Below are positions 27,433 through 41,078 of a stretch of 64,000 nucleotides of DNA, piece after piece. The notes under the pieces were generated by a model. It was given only the letters and a program-made list of their open reading frames with translations. It had not been told where the DNA came from and searched no databases. Origin of the DNA: Lingula anatina (taxonomy: Eukaryota; Animalia; Brachiopoda). The stretch covers positions 5,828,001 to 5,892,000 of the forward strand of contig CM120642.1 in NCBI GenBank assembly GCA_051362555.1, written 5' to 3'. Each line of letters begins with the position of its first letter. Positions within the stretch are counted from its first letter, which is position 1. Position numbers and translations under genes: made by a program.

Positions 27433-27702
27433 TTTCGCCTTGACACGATTTCGTGCGTTGAACAACTCCTCGCCGGAACCTCGGGCGTTGTGCGAGGACT
27501 GAAGGGTCACCAACATTTATATGTCTCACTCTGAAGTAGTGCGACTGCTCAGCATGAGTACATTTGTACATCTCACTGGGCGTTCCGGAATACCTCGATC
27601 GCTTTGTCTTCTGAGTTCATCTCCCACTTCACCCCCTTTCTCTCTCCATCTCTCCCCCCTCCCCTCTTTTGGGACCGTTGCCTGCCATGGGACCCACATA
27701 GT

Positions 27703-27925
27703 CAGTGGCGGATTTAGAGGGGGATCAGGGGAGGCCCTGACCCTCCCTTCGATTTCTGAAAAAATTACACTTATATTCCCCTTTTGGAATTAGTATTTTG
27801 ACTAGCTGATTTATAGTCCTAAACCGTACTAAATGGCACCGTTCGCCCTCAAAAATACCAGTCGAGGGGCGGAGGTCGGCTTTGCATCCGCGGGCCCCCT
27901 TCAAATAATCCTGGATCCGCCCCTG
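27703..27925. mobile_element. hAT-like MITE with a 5-bp TSD
   Basis: Termini CAGTGGCGGATTTAG ... CTGGATCCGCCCCTG; ATAGT directly flanks both ends (27698-27702 and 27926-27930). Confidence 0.8.
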
Positions 27926-29526
27926 ATAGTTCCCCTTGGTTTGGTATTTCTGATCAATTTTTTGGTGTTACTTCCCAACCATTGACTGAGGCTCTTTGTG
28001 GATATAAACATTGCCTTCTGTTTGCTCTGTTCTTCTTCTTCTATTTTGCCTGTGATTTCCAAATATTCTAGATCACCTTTTTGAATAGGGTACAAGAATA
28101 GCTAGCATAAAACGGGACACGAGGACAATTTTACTATAACGGATGGAAAAGTAGCTGTTTTGTCTCCTTGTTATTGTTAATTATTTGAGAAGAATGAGAC
28201 GAGGCTATTTTATGGGTTCACGGGCACCCCCCTCCCCCGACTCGCCATTACCTCTCAGTATTTGGTACAGGTTGCTATCAAAATATTGACGTACACAAAA
28301 GAATACAAAAGTATTAAAAAGTTGCTGTTGCGGCCGTTTTAATGTACTTGAAGGGTTTTGTAACGGTTCACAGGGAGGTTGGTGGTCTTTCAAACCGAAT
28401 GCCTTGAAATAAAACTTGAGGTTGCAGTAAATGGCATCGACATATTTGATATAAAATTGGAAGTTGGAATTTAGCTATAGCACGTACTACAAGGTTTAGC
28501 CAGCTCTTGGATGAAAAAACAGCTAATTTCCAAATAAAAAACAAAGGCGTGTGAATGGTTCTTTATTGTTTATTTTTTACATTGTTTATTATGTAATGTA
28601 AATATAACAAACGTGTAACCATTACGATCTCTGTAATCAGAAGTTTTCAACAAAGATTCACATTTGGAAAAATAATTTAAAAGTCATGATAGGTTTTTGA
28701 GAACAACTTTCTCGTCATTTCTATTCTACAAGTGGTATTCCTTCCGCGAACTATTATTGGTTAGAAGCGTATAGACAACTGTTCGACGTCCTTTTTAATT
28801 GTCGAAGGAAACTGTGGTAATGGAGACTCGTTTTTTTAAAGTATTTTTATTTACTGGTCGCCCCAAAGGCCAAATTTACTTTATATAATGCCCCCCTCCT
28901 TTTTGAAAGCGATTTATTCTTGCTCATCACGGTGAGACCCGCTTTTACTTACACTGACCGTTGATTCCCTTTAAATCCATTAAATATTTAAAGACAAAAA
29001 ATAAACAAGACAAAATAACCATTTTGCTTATATAACAAATTTATCACATAACAAGGTGTATACATACACGTGGGAAAACAACAACAACAAAATACTGTCA
29101 AGTTCTTAAATGTGAGAAAATTGTAGATATATGTATGTTCATCACGAGGCTAGTTTTCCTATTCTGGAGTGTGCAACTCACTTATTTACTTTAATTATCA
29201 ATCATTTAGTTATTCTCATGCCAAAACCCAAGTACGGTAAGTCCAGTAGAGGTCGAAGACGAAATAGTTTTATATACAATTTTGAAATATACCGGCCTAA
29301 GTAAAAATTGAAGTTGAGTTGAGAGCTTACTGCGAGTTGAAAGAAGCGTCTGGCGTCTATAGAAATCCAGCCGTACACTCACCAATATGATGCCTATTAA
29401 TATGCAGATATACTACAAAGTGTTTCTTGTCGATTCGACGATTTAATTAATCAAGCAATATTAACTGCTCATTCTTGTCCCGTCCCATAGCTAAGGTCGA
29501 CTGTCTTTGGCCATCGCTCCTACTTT

Positions 29527-31272
29527 TTATGGGCTGTTGGGTTTTCCTTTCCGTTCCTGGTCAACATCCACACGGTTAAGGAACGGGGCAGCTGCAGGTG
29601 CACCGCCATCTATGGTAATGTGAAGTTAATGAAACAGTTATTCACATAAATGTCAGTTAATGTACGGCAATTAAGACAGCAACAGAATGGAACTGAGAAA
29701 TTTAGAAAAATAATGTTCAAGTAGACATCTTTGTAATTTGCTACATAAACGAACATAGAAACGTTTGTCCCTTTTTAGTTTCAGTTTTCATCACATTCTA
29801 TTCCGAAGCAGCAATATAATAAAACGGTTTTACATTTAAAATCATATAAAAGCTTCGATACGAATAACAAGCTTAAGTTACATACCCGTATTATAGCAGG
29901 CGCCTTTATCCACGCACCCAACTACGCCCTCTTTAGGGGCGGAGCAAACAGTTCCTCGGGGACATCGGAGAATGGCGGGGGGCAGTCCATTTTCCTGGTA
30001 ACCTTGGGGACATACTGAATAGACGGGAGATTGACAGTTGGCTGGACAAAACATCCCTGCTCCTAAGTCGGCGCAGCTGACGATATCGACTGAAATAAAT
30101 AAATACCAACATATAGTTTTTAAAATTAAAATACATTATATCACCATTTTACAATTCTTCGAACAGTCTTCAACCAGGTTTGCGCCTATCCTATTGTCAT
30201 TTTGTGTGCAATAACTCAACTGCTTTCTTAGATTTCTGGGGCCGTATTCTCAAAACTTTGTAACTTACAACAATTTTTAACTATTTACGTGAATTTGTAT
30301 CTTTGACTTACACGGTATTCTCAAAACTCTTGTAAGTCTCGGACTTACAAACTCTTGTAACTTTTCACGTAACTTTCCGGAAGTGACGTTTGGTCCATGA
30401 ATAACCCGCATCGACGTATTTTACTGCCGTGTTTTGCGGCGATAAAACGCTTATCTATACATAAAACTATCTTGAAATGTATTGAGAATTATTCAGAAAG
30501 ACGTTTTTTTATATTTTCTTACAAGTTTTCGTCGGAAAATCCACTCGTTTTGAATGTGCTTCCTCCGACATGCGAGCTCAGAAATCGGACTTGGCTCCTC
30601 TTGTGGGATTCCCCAGCTGGGATTCCCCAAGTTTACCGTTAGCAAAAAGCGCTTTATTTCATTAAATTTACAATGAAAACGTGTGTGAATTTTTCCTACA
30701 GTAAGTAGCTTATAATAAACACTCACCACATTGTTCAAATTTGATACTTGCTTGGATTTCATGCTGTCTTAGGATACCAAAGCCATACAAATAAGTTCAC
30801 ACAATTCCTCTCTATATCTATGCCATTCAGTTAGATATAAAAATGTAATTTTTATTTTAATATATAGACGTTGTTATTAAATATGAGTGAGTATATTTGA
30901 TTTCTACTCACGTTTGCTCTGATTTTTTTAAGATGAAAAATTAATAAATGATATTTTCATGTTAAGCCACAAATAATAACAAAAATTAATTCACACAAAT
31001 AAGTTGGCCCAATATTTCAAAAATGACATTCAATTTAATATGAACATTTTATTTTTAAATAAAATTGATAATTGTGATTAATTAATGGGTGTTAGTATAA
31101 AAGTGAAAATATTTTTTCAGTACACCTTTGTTGTTACCATAAAGAGTGAGTATTTTTTAATGTCAGTATGAAATGCACATTGTACTGGTACAAATGAACA
31201 TGTACCTACAGGTTGGCTAGTATAAGCAGTAAAAAAATGATAATAAAGGATTTTGTTAATAAATAAAAAAAC

Positions 31273-31318
<46 letters not shown>

Positions 31319-34300
31319 ATTAGGTTAATGATTACTCAGTCACATTTTCAATAATTTCAGGTATTTTTTGTTTCATATCATATCTACTAATTTACACTCA
31401 CTGAATACTAAAAACATTTTTTCCTTCTGGATTTTTTCACCAACAGTTGTCATATGAGATGTAAATTCTTTTCAAGTGCCCATGTTCTTGTTTTATTTCA
31501 CTGCAGCTGAGACTTACAAAAACTTGACAAAGATTCATGTAGTGTGTGTGTATAAAATGTGTGTGGGTGACACAGTATACATTCATGAAATATGAAACTG
31601 TTGCTGGGTACACCCAAAATTATTTCATTTTAGGTGTATTCAATCATTTTGAACCTTGAAAAGTGCTTGAATTTAGTTTTTAACCTGGATGCATAAAGGC
31701 AGTAATTCACAGGAAGGGGAGACATTCCTTTTTGGACATTATTTAATTTCTATTTTTTAATGTTTCATCACCACTGTGTATAAAATTTAATTTAAATGAT
31801 ATATTACTTCCTCTTTTCTTTGTTATAGAAACTTATGAGTGACTTTACATTGCCCTCATTTGCATTAAAAGAGTCATTGAAAAGCAATTGAATTAGTCTC
31901 AAAATTCTTATTAAATCCTTGAATTTGTTATTAGTGTTCATGTATGAACCTTGACATTGCACACTTTAATCATAGAAAGTTACACAAACATCCATGATAA
32001 CTCACAAAAAATTTAAATAAAAAGTGAAAGGCAATGATTATCCCTAAAACTGACTTAAGAAAAAAAAAAAAGAAAAGAAAATCTGTTTTGTGACTAAAAA
32101 GTACAAGCCACGGTTAAAATATATTTCATTGCGAATTATAAGATGTTTCTATTTGTTTACTCAAATTAAACAAACCAGTTTCCTGAAAATAGAAGGAAAT
32201 TCACTGTACAGTGCATGCAATTTTAGTTTCAGCCATAACAATTGTGATAAGAAATACAAAATACTTCTTTATCCAAAACAAAACCCAAAATAATTCCTTA
32301 TGAGCAATATATGATGGAAAGAGACATAATCTTGTTTGTGGGTGAATGTATGTGTGAGTGCATCATAAAGGAGAAAATACAGAAAAAAATGATATGCATT
32401 TAAACTTTCAGTTATTATTACTGTTATTATTTATGATGAAATAAAAAATCATTTTATATTAATTATTATTGTAACAAGACTAAACATTTGTATTCTATGA
32501 GGAACTTAAATAATGAAATATACTTATTTCTTTGGCAAGGTTATTTTTTTTTATTTTAATTAAAATTATGGTATATACTGGTTTTATTTTCCCTTATCTT
32601 AACACTGCAGCAAGTAGATGGGACTATGCAGGGATTATATTTTGCAGTATGAATCAATTTCAAAATGAAACAGTAGCAAGAACACAGCTATAATTGTTAT
32701 GATCAAAGTGCAACCTAAGCAAGTGTCAGTTTACTCTAAATTAGAACTTACTCTGTAACTTTGTAATAAGTACAATGTTATGTAAGGAAAGCCATAAGTG
32801 GAATACTATCAAAAATGCCAATATTTACAATCTTTTACTAACTCACACATTACTAGTAAGTCTTTTTTGGTATTTAAAACAGTTTAAGTCATTTGTTTTT
32901 TTCCATCAGTGATGATTACCTCATTATTTGAACTGGATATCCTTTATTTAAATGGATAAACCAAGCCTTTTAAATTAGTTAAAATATTGTTTAAATATCT
33001 AAAATCATTCGAAAGTAGATGATAAGACATTATAATCATCACTGAATGCTCCCAATTACTTATTATTTAAAAAAAACCTACAAAATAATGTTAATGAAAC
33101 TTATGCATATTTTTAAATGCAGTCATCAGCTGATCGAGGTCACCACGTCGCCGAAAGGGGGTCAACATTTGCAACATTTTTTTCTATATGTTTCAAATCA
33201 TTTGGCAGGCTCTCGATACTTTTTGATACATGTTGTACAGCATATCATTTTAAAGCATTTGAAACGGACTTTTTAGTGATATAGAAGACATATATTTTCT
33301 CTGCCACATGTATGGAATAGAGGCATAAGTAACCAAGTCAAAGAATCGACAATAAAAATGGCGATTTTCAGATACACCTTCACGACAAATTACCACAGGA
33401 TATTTGTAAACAATATAATTACAGCAAACATTATACATCAGTTGAAAGCCAATTTTCTTCCGAACAAAACCACATCTATTAAACTTGGTGTTTTGGTATA
33501 ATTTTGATTTAAACACTGACTAAATATGTATCTTCATCCTAAAAAAGTCGGAAGATTCAAAATCTGAAATTCAGCCGCGGATCAATTTATTAATTTTGAG
33601 TAACAACTTAAGTGCTTTATATCGCCAAAAAGCTTATTAACTTGGCTTTCTCACAACACTTGTAGTTATTTCACGTGCTTTAAAAAATGTTAGTTTTCGT
33701 TTTAATTTAAAAATTCGGACACCCTGCCAAACTTCCAATGTTGCCATTACGCGATCGACAGAAACGTATTATTCTCAACTAAATCATTGATTTTAGGCAA
33801 CTAACCTGAAAAATCCGAAAGGTTAACCTTTCTCGCCTATAATAATAGATCCATGGTTTAATAATTTTACTTGCTGTCAAAAATATCCAACAATAAACAC
33901 GAGCATAAAATTTCAGCAGACAACACTCTCTCCCCGACTTTTCACCAAATGCGCATGCGTACAACTTTTTGTAGCGACTTACAACAGGTCGGAGGCAGTT
34001 GTAAATTTACGTGCATATTTACAAGAGTTTGTAACTTACAAACCTTCGAGAATACCAACTTACAAGAACGATCGGACTTACGTGAAAAGTTACAAGAATT
34101 TGTAAGTTACAACCTTTCGAGAATACGGCCCCAGGTAAAGAGTACAATGCCTACCTTGAGCGCCGTATTCCACGTTTTCGTTATAACAACTGTACGTCAT
34201 GTACGTCACTGTCATGATAAGCGGTAGCAGCAGCAGAGTAACAGTATACGTGTAGCACGACTTGAGAAAACCACCCTCAAAGACACGTCTACAGCACCCC

Positions 34301-34437
34301 TTCCTGTTATTCTTGTTTGGCTTGATTTTCAGTTTCAGAGGCCCTTGATTCGCCAGGTCTGCACACCCAACGTCGCCTTCAATAGGGTAGCACTCGCTGT
34401 CGGTCTTTGGCGTGGAGTTTTCGACGATGCCAGTCAT
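29527..34437 (-). CDS. Type-II membrane protein with an 8-Cys chitin-binding-type-2-like module (~189 aa); paralogue of the 24605-27432 gene
   Basis: Exons 34155-34437 (MTGIVENSTP...; TM YTVTLLLLPLIMTVTYMTY; CAAG|GTAGG), 29886-30089 (VDIVSCADLGAGMFCPANCQSPVYSVCPQGYQENGLPPAILRCPRGTVCSAPKEGVVGCVDKGACYNT) and 29527-29609. All junctions are phase 1, and all eight Cys align with the neighbouring paralogue. TATATA at ~34522-34529. An upstream in-frame ATG at 34554 is also possible. Confidence 0.8.
30236..34134. mobile_element. ~3.9-kb non-autonomous TIR transposon (PIF/Harbinger-like) filling most of intron 1 of the 29527-34437 gene
   Basis: Left end CTGGGGCCGTATTCTCAAAACTTTGTAACTTACAA and right end TTGTAAGTTACAACCTTTCGAGAATACGGCCCCAG are imperfect TIRs with CWG-type ends. 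TTGTAA(C/G)TTACAA motifs recur near both ends. The AT-rich interior has no transposase ORF. Confidence 0.8.
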
Positions 34438-35571
34438 GTTGTCCCAATCTGTTCCCGTGGTCCCCCGGTGACTTGGTCTGTGGTCTTGGCGTGGCTGCGG
34501 TGAAATGAGCGCCGTGTGCCGTATATATACCGGACGATAGTGATAACTTGTCATCCAGGTCTTGAGACTTGTCACGCAGATTTTGAACACGAGGAACCGG
34601 GCACACCCATCCGCCCAAGCCTCCTGTGTAAAGCCTGTAGTAGCGCTGCGTAAGGTTCCTACTATTCAAAATCTCCATGATAAGTCGTCACCTGCGTCAG
34701 GCATAAATACTGTGCGCCTGTAAAAAGGTCTGATTTCCATGCGTACATTAAACAAATGCAAAATGCTAACGCAAGTAAATTAATCATTAAACTACAGTAC
34801 GTTGTTTTAAAAGCATATCATATCAGCGTGTTAAACTATATTGTGCTTTTTCATTGGTAAATTGGAGGAAAATGCAATTAACAGAATAGATAATTTAAAA
34901 TAGATAAGAATAAAACGCACTAACAATACAAATTTAACTCATAAGGGATCTAAATGTTGGAAGTTCAGTAAGGGCTGTTTGCTACTTTATTCCTTGCCCA
35001 GAGAGAAAGAGAGAAGGTGAGAGGACCGGACTGAGATTCTGCTGCGCAGTTCAAGCCCGAAACGATTTCACGAAAACTAATCCAATCAAGTAGGGCATCC
35101 TCTAGTTCAGGTCAGTTTTATTGTAAGTACGGTTCTTATAAGAAGGCTTGACATGTGTTCTCCATACAGAAAAGAGATATTAGACCCGAACATACAGTGT
35201 TCAGGCTATCTAGATTAATTGAAAAAAACCTCTGAAGTTTCCTCAAGGAAGAAAAATTTTATACAGCTGGCCCATTGACCTGTTCCTATCGGAATAGATC
35301 TTACACACTGGATGTTTGTGATTACATCACAGCATAAATACTTTACTGTTATTCCAAGAACGGTAAAACTTGACCCTGAGGTTCAGTGGTAATGAGTTTC
35401 GTATTACCCAAACAATCCCAAGAGGCGACAAGGCAAATATAGCTGCTGCAGAACTTGTAACATATAGGGCTATGATATCTAGGGTATTTAACTACACCCA
35501 TATCCAGATATTCAGCTGGCATTTTTTCAGTTGTGAACGAGCATAATATCATAGGCTTCACTTGAAGGAAT

Positions 35572-38500
35572 ATGGACGCCAGGAAACGTTTCGTTAGATT
35601 CTGCATAATTATTCTCGCAGGCTACTTGAATCCGGGTCTTGGTCAAAGTCGGCTGTCTTATATCTGGTCACAGAACCTTTGGGGAAGAAGTCAGGAAGCT
35701 GGATGGCGACCTTCCCTGAGAGAATCGGGTATTTTCTTTCGCTACTACTGGCCCCTTTTCCTGCGTTTTAATCCACAGCCGAACTTGTTGGATCTCCTGG
35801 AACAGGTGAACGCCAGAGCTTTTCTCGAGTTGGTAGCCAGCTCCGGCGTCTCAGACACACTTGCGAAGACGGACGGTGAGTGAATTGTAACAAATGCCAA
35901 ACATAAATTATAAGGTGAAACTTTTTAAGTGAACAAGTGCTTTCTACTTTTCTACTGCAATCGCAGCATTGTTCATTTGCAGTGGGAAGTTTCCAGTGCT
36001 TTTATCACATTTAACCGGAGTTAACCAAGTTTCATCTTTGAATTCATAGATGAATTACTTTCAAGTATCAAGGATGAATGTTTCAGTATCTTTATTTGTA
36101 AAATTATAAGTTTTGAGTTATTAAGATTAATAAATCTTCCTGTTTTTCTTTATTTTTCCACTTTTAAAGATGTTGATCACACTATAAAATCCAATTCTGG
36201 ATTGAATCAACTAATTCAATTTGCGTTTAGACTGAAAGGGAGTAATCTGATTGATCCGCTTTCTAACGCTTGGGAAAATGGCTTACAGCGTATTTCAACG
36301 CATTGCCTTGCGCGCGCCTGAATTGAGTAATATTTACGAGCACGATAATATGGTCTTAAATGATTTTGCTTGTTTCCAGGACCCCTTACAATATTCGCTC
36401 CCAGCAACGAAGCTTTTGCTCGGTTATCAAAGGAAGAGCTCACCGAACTCGTAACGAACAAGAACGCTGCGCGAGATCTCATAAGGTTCCATATGACTCC
36501 TGCGTTCGTGTTCTCGCAACTGTTCAAGAATAACTTACAGCTTCGTTCCCTTACGGGGGTTGACTTAAGGATCAATGTTTATCAAGGTGGAAAGGTTTGT
36601 ATGAAAGAGCGGTAGATTTAGTCACTTTTTTCATTTGGCTTAAACATCTGGTAACGTTATTTTCAAGTGTCACGCAACCCAGTATATGCATTGTATTTGC
36701 CGTGATCGATCACAGGCGAATTAATGCAGTAGATGCTTAATTTCTCTTATTCCTTAGTAATGTCGCTTTTTCTGTGAGACAGCCGGTAGTTGGTAAGGTA
36801 AATAAAATCTTATATGACATTATCAACATTAGATACCTAATTCTGCCTAATTTTATTCTGGTAAGTAATTTGATTGAACTATTTGAATGAAAATCCTATG
36901 AAAAATATGTGATACATGTATGTAAGTATATGGTACATCGTTTATAACATTTTATATATAGGTGAAGAAATGCCGAAAGGGCGTCAAAGGGAGCCGCAGA
37001 AAAAAGGGACGAGAAGTTGCACCCCCATCCCAACCAAATTTACCTCAGAGTTTGCTTCGATTATTTGAGATTTACTGCGTCTGTTCAAATAATAAAATAT
37101 TTCGTTCTTAACATGCAATTTTCATTCGAATATTTGAACAGGTTTTTACAGCATCTGGCGCAACACTGTCCAGCAAGAACCAATTAGCATCAAATGGCAT
37201 TGTGCACGTGATTGATGACGTAATCTTACCTGTTCCCAGGGATACAGTTCTCCAAGCCGCTAGGGATCACCCTGATCTCACGAGACTCGCGGAGGAGTTC
37301 ACATCTTTGAACTTGACAAGAGCCCTAGATGGTACGGCAATTTTGCTTATTTCCACAGAAACGTAATGAAAATAGTAAATAATGAAGTAATTGAATTGCT
37401 TGGTGTTCGTGTTGAAGCCAATGTATTTTATAAAAGAAGGGAGAAAATGGGCACCGTAAAATTCCAATTAACAACCAAAACAGTCCCTAATTATGCTTGA
37501 AATTTTATTGATCACGAAGCAATTTTAATATTTTTGTCTTCCTCTCCGTCATTTTTTTCTTCTTTGAATCCCCAATCTCTTCTTTTTGTTCATTTATGCA
37601 ACCACCTTTCTCATAATGTTTTTTTTTTTTTTTTTCATTTTTTGAGAGACATTTTTTATGGCACGTAAGAATAGGTACTTTATCAAGCTGTATAGTTTCT
37701 TTAATTTCCTAAGGGCGTAGTCCAATCACAGTGTTCGCGCCGACGGATGCTGCATTTGAGAAAATTCCCAAGAGGATCCAAGACCGACTCCTTAAGAACA
37801 TTCCTACAATGACACACGTAAGAACATCTTTTGGAAATAATCAGATTCCGTTGAAATAATTCATAAGACAATGAAGTAAAAGACAAAAAGAGCGAATTTT
37901 TTATCAAAATAAACCGCGTTTTGTTATCAATAAAATGTATACTCTATGCAAGACATCATTATTTATCTATTTATTCATCAGATTCTACAACAGCATATTG
38001 TACCCGGAGTCGTCTATAGAGCAGGGTTGACTAACGGAGATCCTGTTAAGACAGTGACAGGGGGAATTCATTTTATCACCAAAACGGATAAAAGTTGTAA
38101 GTAATCAAGTGTGTGAACTCAACCGTTGTAATGTACACACGGCGCCGTGTACTTTATAGTATAGGCCAGTAAAGTGAAGAAATTAATTCCATCGAAAAAT
38201 TCTCGCAGGTAACAGTCGATATGTCAATGATCCAGAGACATATCGAAGAATATTTGGTGAAAAATTAACTCGTGACCCTGGTGTAGAGTCTGCGTGGGCC
38301 TACACCTTGTGCAAGTAGGCCCGCAAGCGAATTTATCCATGGCACTTTGTGAGAATAGAGTTCAGATTTGGCCCCAACAGTATCATTCCAAACAAAGTGG
38401 GTAACCAAAATCGGTTCTGTATGCCAGAAGGGAATTATTTGTCCTGAGATATAACAAAACGGATATGAAATGCGAAAACCACGCCAGCGTCAATGCCTCA

Positions 38501-39189
38501 TGCGGCCAAAACTCAACAACAACACATCAACAGATTAATCTCAGTCTGATTATATACACCAACATCAGAGTATCATATTTGCGCTGTCAGAGATACAAGG
38601 AAAGATTAGAAATATTAACTAAGGCATGGACATAAGTGCTCATTTGCCAAAAGTTTACAAGCGAGAAAAATGTCGATTAACGTCGCTGGGCAGTGATCAT
38701 AAAAGACACGTTAACGATGGTCATTAACGACGCTCCATGCATGGCGGATGGTCTTTTCAACCTACAGTACCATATCATGACATGAAAATACTGTAGGAAT
38801 TTGATACTTGGTGTTATTTTTTTCCCTTAATTTTTGTTAATGGCGTAAGCCTACTTTATTGTATTGTTGCTGATTACCACGGCAACAATTTTTGAATATT
38901 TCAGTAACGATAGGAGAAACCACTGGTCATCACAGTACCAGTTATTATGCAATAATATGTATCCAAAGAAACAATTGCTGAACATTTCTTTAATGATAGA
39001 ATGATCCACTGGTAACCATAGCAACAATTATTGTATATTTCAGTAATGATAGGAGGAGCTAACATCATACGCGCCGACATATCCACCAGGAATGGAGTGC
39101 TACACCTTATTGACAGGATTCTACTGCCAGACGACACAGAGTTTGAAACCAAAGCTGCTCTCCCGCCAGGCGTTCCCCTACCTCCATGA
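35572..39189 (+). CDS. Secreted fasciclin (2x FAS1) protein, TGFBI/periostin-like domains (~357 aa)
   Basis: Exons 35572-35875 (signal peptide MDARKRFVRFCIIILAGYLNPGLG), 36380-36594 (H1 TIFAPSNEAF), 37142-37331 (H2 ASNGIVHVIDDVILP), 37714-37817 (TVFAPTDAAF), 37982-38096 and 39044-39189 (TRNGVLHLIDRILLP...stop). Phases are consistent. Confidence 0.9.
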
Positions 39190-41078
39190 GAAAGTGCCAG
39201 GTTCAGGACCTTTTTTAAAAATTTAGATGTGATTTTTTTAAACTTTACGATAAACATTTGTAGGCGAGCTATAATTAAGGTTCCACAGCTCTTATGTCCA
39301 GCTGTCTTGGTCACAGTTTACCAGTGCCAGTTGCGTCTGCATTTCCTGTTGATTTTACATCATTTTCAGCGCAAAGGCTTTTTCCTCTTTATTTTCAATA
39401 TCTGCATTATGCAATAATAAGGCAGCTTGACTAAGATAATATATGAACATAATTTATCTTCTAAAACATTAAATTTTCTTAAGAATACTTACAACTTAAC
39501 TTTTTGTCAATTTTAAAATTGAGGTCGGACTGGATAAGTGCAAGATGTGAAATGTAAAAATAAATGCCCTTAATGATGCCCTGGGTCATCGCAAGCAAGT
39601 GTTTGATGTCAACAATAAAATTTGTGAAGAACGCAGAATCTGATACTGAGGGGTTATGTCATTAAGAGAGACAATATTACGAAAAGCGATAAGGAGGAAG
39701 AGGAACATCCATTAGCGTATTTTAATTAGAATTTGGACATGCAAATTTGGACACAGGTGTATCTTATCAGAAGGTGTGAAATGTAAGAGCAAGGTCTTTA
39801 ATGTTAAACTGGAATTCGGCTGGAATTTTTATTGTAAAATGAAAGACACAAGTCACGTCAAACTGTTATATAACAAACTTTACTTTTCTTAGAAACTCCA
39901 GTACTTTCACGGAACTATAACGTGATGAAATTTACTAAATTGTGGCGTCATGCTTTTTTTTCTTTCCTTCCTGAGGCTTGTTGAAGTTGACTCAAAATAC
40001 AAGGTGTGCGAGTAATTTTGATCAGATCAGAAAAAGAGTAGAATAACTTTGTTGGACGGATTGAATGTACATATAAAAATGTATCCGTCTGTTGTGAATG
40101 TATCCGTCTACTTTTAAAATTGTTACATGGCCAGAACCAGCCGACGTGCTTGATAGGTTAAATGAATTTGACACATTACATGTACCTGTATTAGGGACTT
40201 CACGTCCCTTTTTACTAAAATATTTTCAATTAAAATCAATTTCACAACATCGTCAGTATTAATTTTTTTTATAAATAAATGAAAAAAGCGCTTTTTTACC
40301 ATTATGTATAAGTCAGTTTATCTACGTGTCTTCACTCAAATGCTGGTTTATGATATCAAATATCATTTAGATTAATATCGGTTCAGATGGACACGAATGG
40401 TATAAAACTATTTTATGAGTCACGGGAGGCATCAACTGCATCAAAATGCCGAGATTAATATAATCGGAAAAGTTGGCACAAAATCCTGGAAAATACGGGC
40501 TTCAAGCACAAAAATATACAAAAATTTGTTTCGCAACAAATGTGATACAGAAGAAACAAATGTACTTTTTTAATTTGAACAAATTTAGGGGGAAGAAAAA
40601 TGAAATTATCCTAAACCGTTGTCCACTATTTCCTTCTGTACTCGTGACCCTAAAGGATTCAGCCGATAACCAACCTAAATTGTGTTACAAGCATTTCCCT
40701 TCGTTCAAGGTACCGTCACGGCCGGCAGAACGACCGCTGTTTAATTCGGGTTGTCGAGATGATATCATCGCTAGCTGCCAGCTTGAAAAACGCAACGGTG
40801 GAATATAATAACGCACCACCTAATCCACGATACATATCTCACCCGTTACGCCCGGTGCCGATACTCGATCTTTTGCCCCCCTTCATCGTTGAATTTTAAA
40901 CAAGCACTTAGTGCTACATTGATATAATAATGGAATTTTCATGACACATTCATTGTTTACTACAACAGTCCATGCATTCTGTCATACGTCCATTGGCCGT
41001 GATTGAATGGCAACAGTGTACAAGAGTGGTATTAGTACTGGGCTAGAGTTTTGGATCCACGAACTGTATACGGTTAAA

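Noticed and set aside
34379-34678. 99-aa minus-strand ORF MEILNSRN... as the start of the second membrane gene
   Set aside because: It is out of frame with the TM exon and begins upstream of the putative TATA box.
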